A stretch of 64,000 bases of DNA from Neoconidiobolus thromboides FSU 785 (taxonomy: Eukaryota; Fungi; Entomophthoromycota): the NCBI GenBank assembly GCA_025603075.1, contig MU626310.1, forward strand, positions 1-64,000. The letters run 5' to 3'. Position numbers and translations under genes: made by a program. Below, one piece after another: positions 62,747-64,000 of the stretch (position 1 is the stretch's first letter; every line of letters starts with the position of its first letter). The notes beneath the pieces are model-generated. The model saw nothing but the letters and a program-made list of their open reading frames with translations. It had not been told where the DNA came from and made no database searches.

Positions 62747-64000
62747 TTACTCAGACTGACGGAATTTAAGCAAAGGTGCAAGCTGAGATACTGGAATACT
62801 TTTTTTAAGGAAGTCATGCTAAAAAAAGGTATTAAAAATAACTACTTATTAAACAAGTTTAACTTACAGTTAATAACATAGGCGCAGTAGCACGTGAATT
62901 GACATCAACACACAAACAAACGGCTAAAAAGGATTTCAACTCATCACTTAGAAGCTCTGGATGTTTGAGGGTTGGTGTACCATTAGTAGCAATAAGGTAT
63001 AATGCTTTAAGTGGTTCTTCATCTAAATAAGGTGGCTCATTCTCAATCATTTCTATGGCCATAATACCTAACGACCAGATATCAACTTTTGGACCGTATT
63101 CTTTTTGCTTAACAACTTCCGGTGCCATCCAATATGGGGTTCCTACCATTGTAGCACGCTTGGAATGAGACTCCGACAATCTTGCACAAAAACCAAAATC
63201 AGCTATAAACTTGTTAGTATATCATATCCTTTTATTACAATAAAACCTTACTAATTTTAACATTTCCATGGATATCAAGTAAAACGTTATCTGATTTGAT
63301 ATCACGATGGATGATATTACGACTATGTAGATGTTCAAGACCTTTACAAGTCTATGAATGATTAATAAAAATCTATTATAAAAACTACAAAAATTACTTC
63401 AAGGCAAATTGTAGCTATTTGCTTCTCAGTCATTGCATTAGCTTCTATGACATCAGTCAAAGCACCACCTTCCATGAAGTCCATCACCACCCAAAGATCA
63501 TTCCTTCCAACTAAAAAGGAATCCAAATAATTCACAATGTTTGGATGTTGACTCTCTTTCATGACCAATATTTCATTAACAATCAATTCTTTCCTAGGTT
63601 GATTAGATAAGTCCATCTCCTTAATGGCTACTTTTAAGTTGGAAATATTGTTGCGTGCTACATACACAGATCCAGAAGCACTAAAATTCGTTAAAATTTT
63701 AATCTAATAATGTTTATGTTTTACCCTTGTCCCACTTTCTTGATCTTGGTATAAATAGTATTGGGGTCCTTCTTGGAAACAATTGTTTTCAATTTTTCCA
63801 TAAGCTGAGGCTCGCTTAAAGTAGATAAACGTTGTTCAGGAGCTTTAGGTGGTTTAGGCTTTGAACCAGAGCCATTTAAGTTGGCTAATGCCAGAGCATG
63901 TGGATCAGCTGCAGTTGGAGCATTATGCTATTTGAAGTTAGAAAATGAGCTATTTAAATAAAAAAACCGATTTACATTATTGTTTACGTTAACTTTAGGC
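62747..64000 (-). CDS. CLA4: PAK kinase, Cla4-like (5' part beyond the window edge)
   Basis: [60 protein letters not shown]; five short introns in the window. Confidence 0.93.

Noticed and set aside
62530-62817. 95-aa minus ORF overlapping the end of the PAK gene
   Set aside because: Out-of-frame reading of the last PAK exon running into the AT-rich 3' UTR.
32614-64000. Search for U12-type or non-canonical introns in the spliced genes
   Set aside because: All introns parsed were GT-AG with no RTATCCTT donor signature.
1-64000. tRNA, snRNA, 5S rRNA or telomeric repeats
   Set aside because: No convincing T-loop/cloverleaf, U-snRNA core or TTAGGG array was seen; a covariance-model search would be needed to exclude small RNAs.

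Overview
AT-rich eukaryotic DNA with very short (~42-60 nt) GT-AG introns, most consistent with an early-diverging fungus (Entomophthoromycotina-like; this taxonomy is inference). Intact genes: cytoplasmic dynein heavy chain, a membrane-tethered ATF6-like bZIP factor, GID8 and RMD5/GID2 (CTLH E3 ligase subunits), gamma-glutamyl transpeptidase, Rheb, trimethyllysine dioxygenase, two tandem Kelch/transmembrane receptor-like paralogues, a class-3 lipase, Hsp20, a PP6/Sit4 phosphatase, a ZnT6/Zrg17-like CDF protein with a long His tract, a CorA Mg transporter and a 5'-truncated Cla4/PAK kinase. Intergenic DNA up to ~49 kb is littered with a transposon system: a ~3.1 kb decayed Sola-like DDD-transposase element (45210-48294), a nest of rearranged copies of it (1-3135), and about 16 copies of a ~97-100 bp MITE with related termini and 4-bp AWWT-type target duplications. 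Hand alignments of repeat copies show about 90-95% transitions, suggesting RIP-like or methylation-driven C-to-T decay. The most interesting leads are the ATF6-like factor, the transition hypermutation, and the Sola/MITE pair. All alignments and counts were done by eye; no database searches were run.
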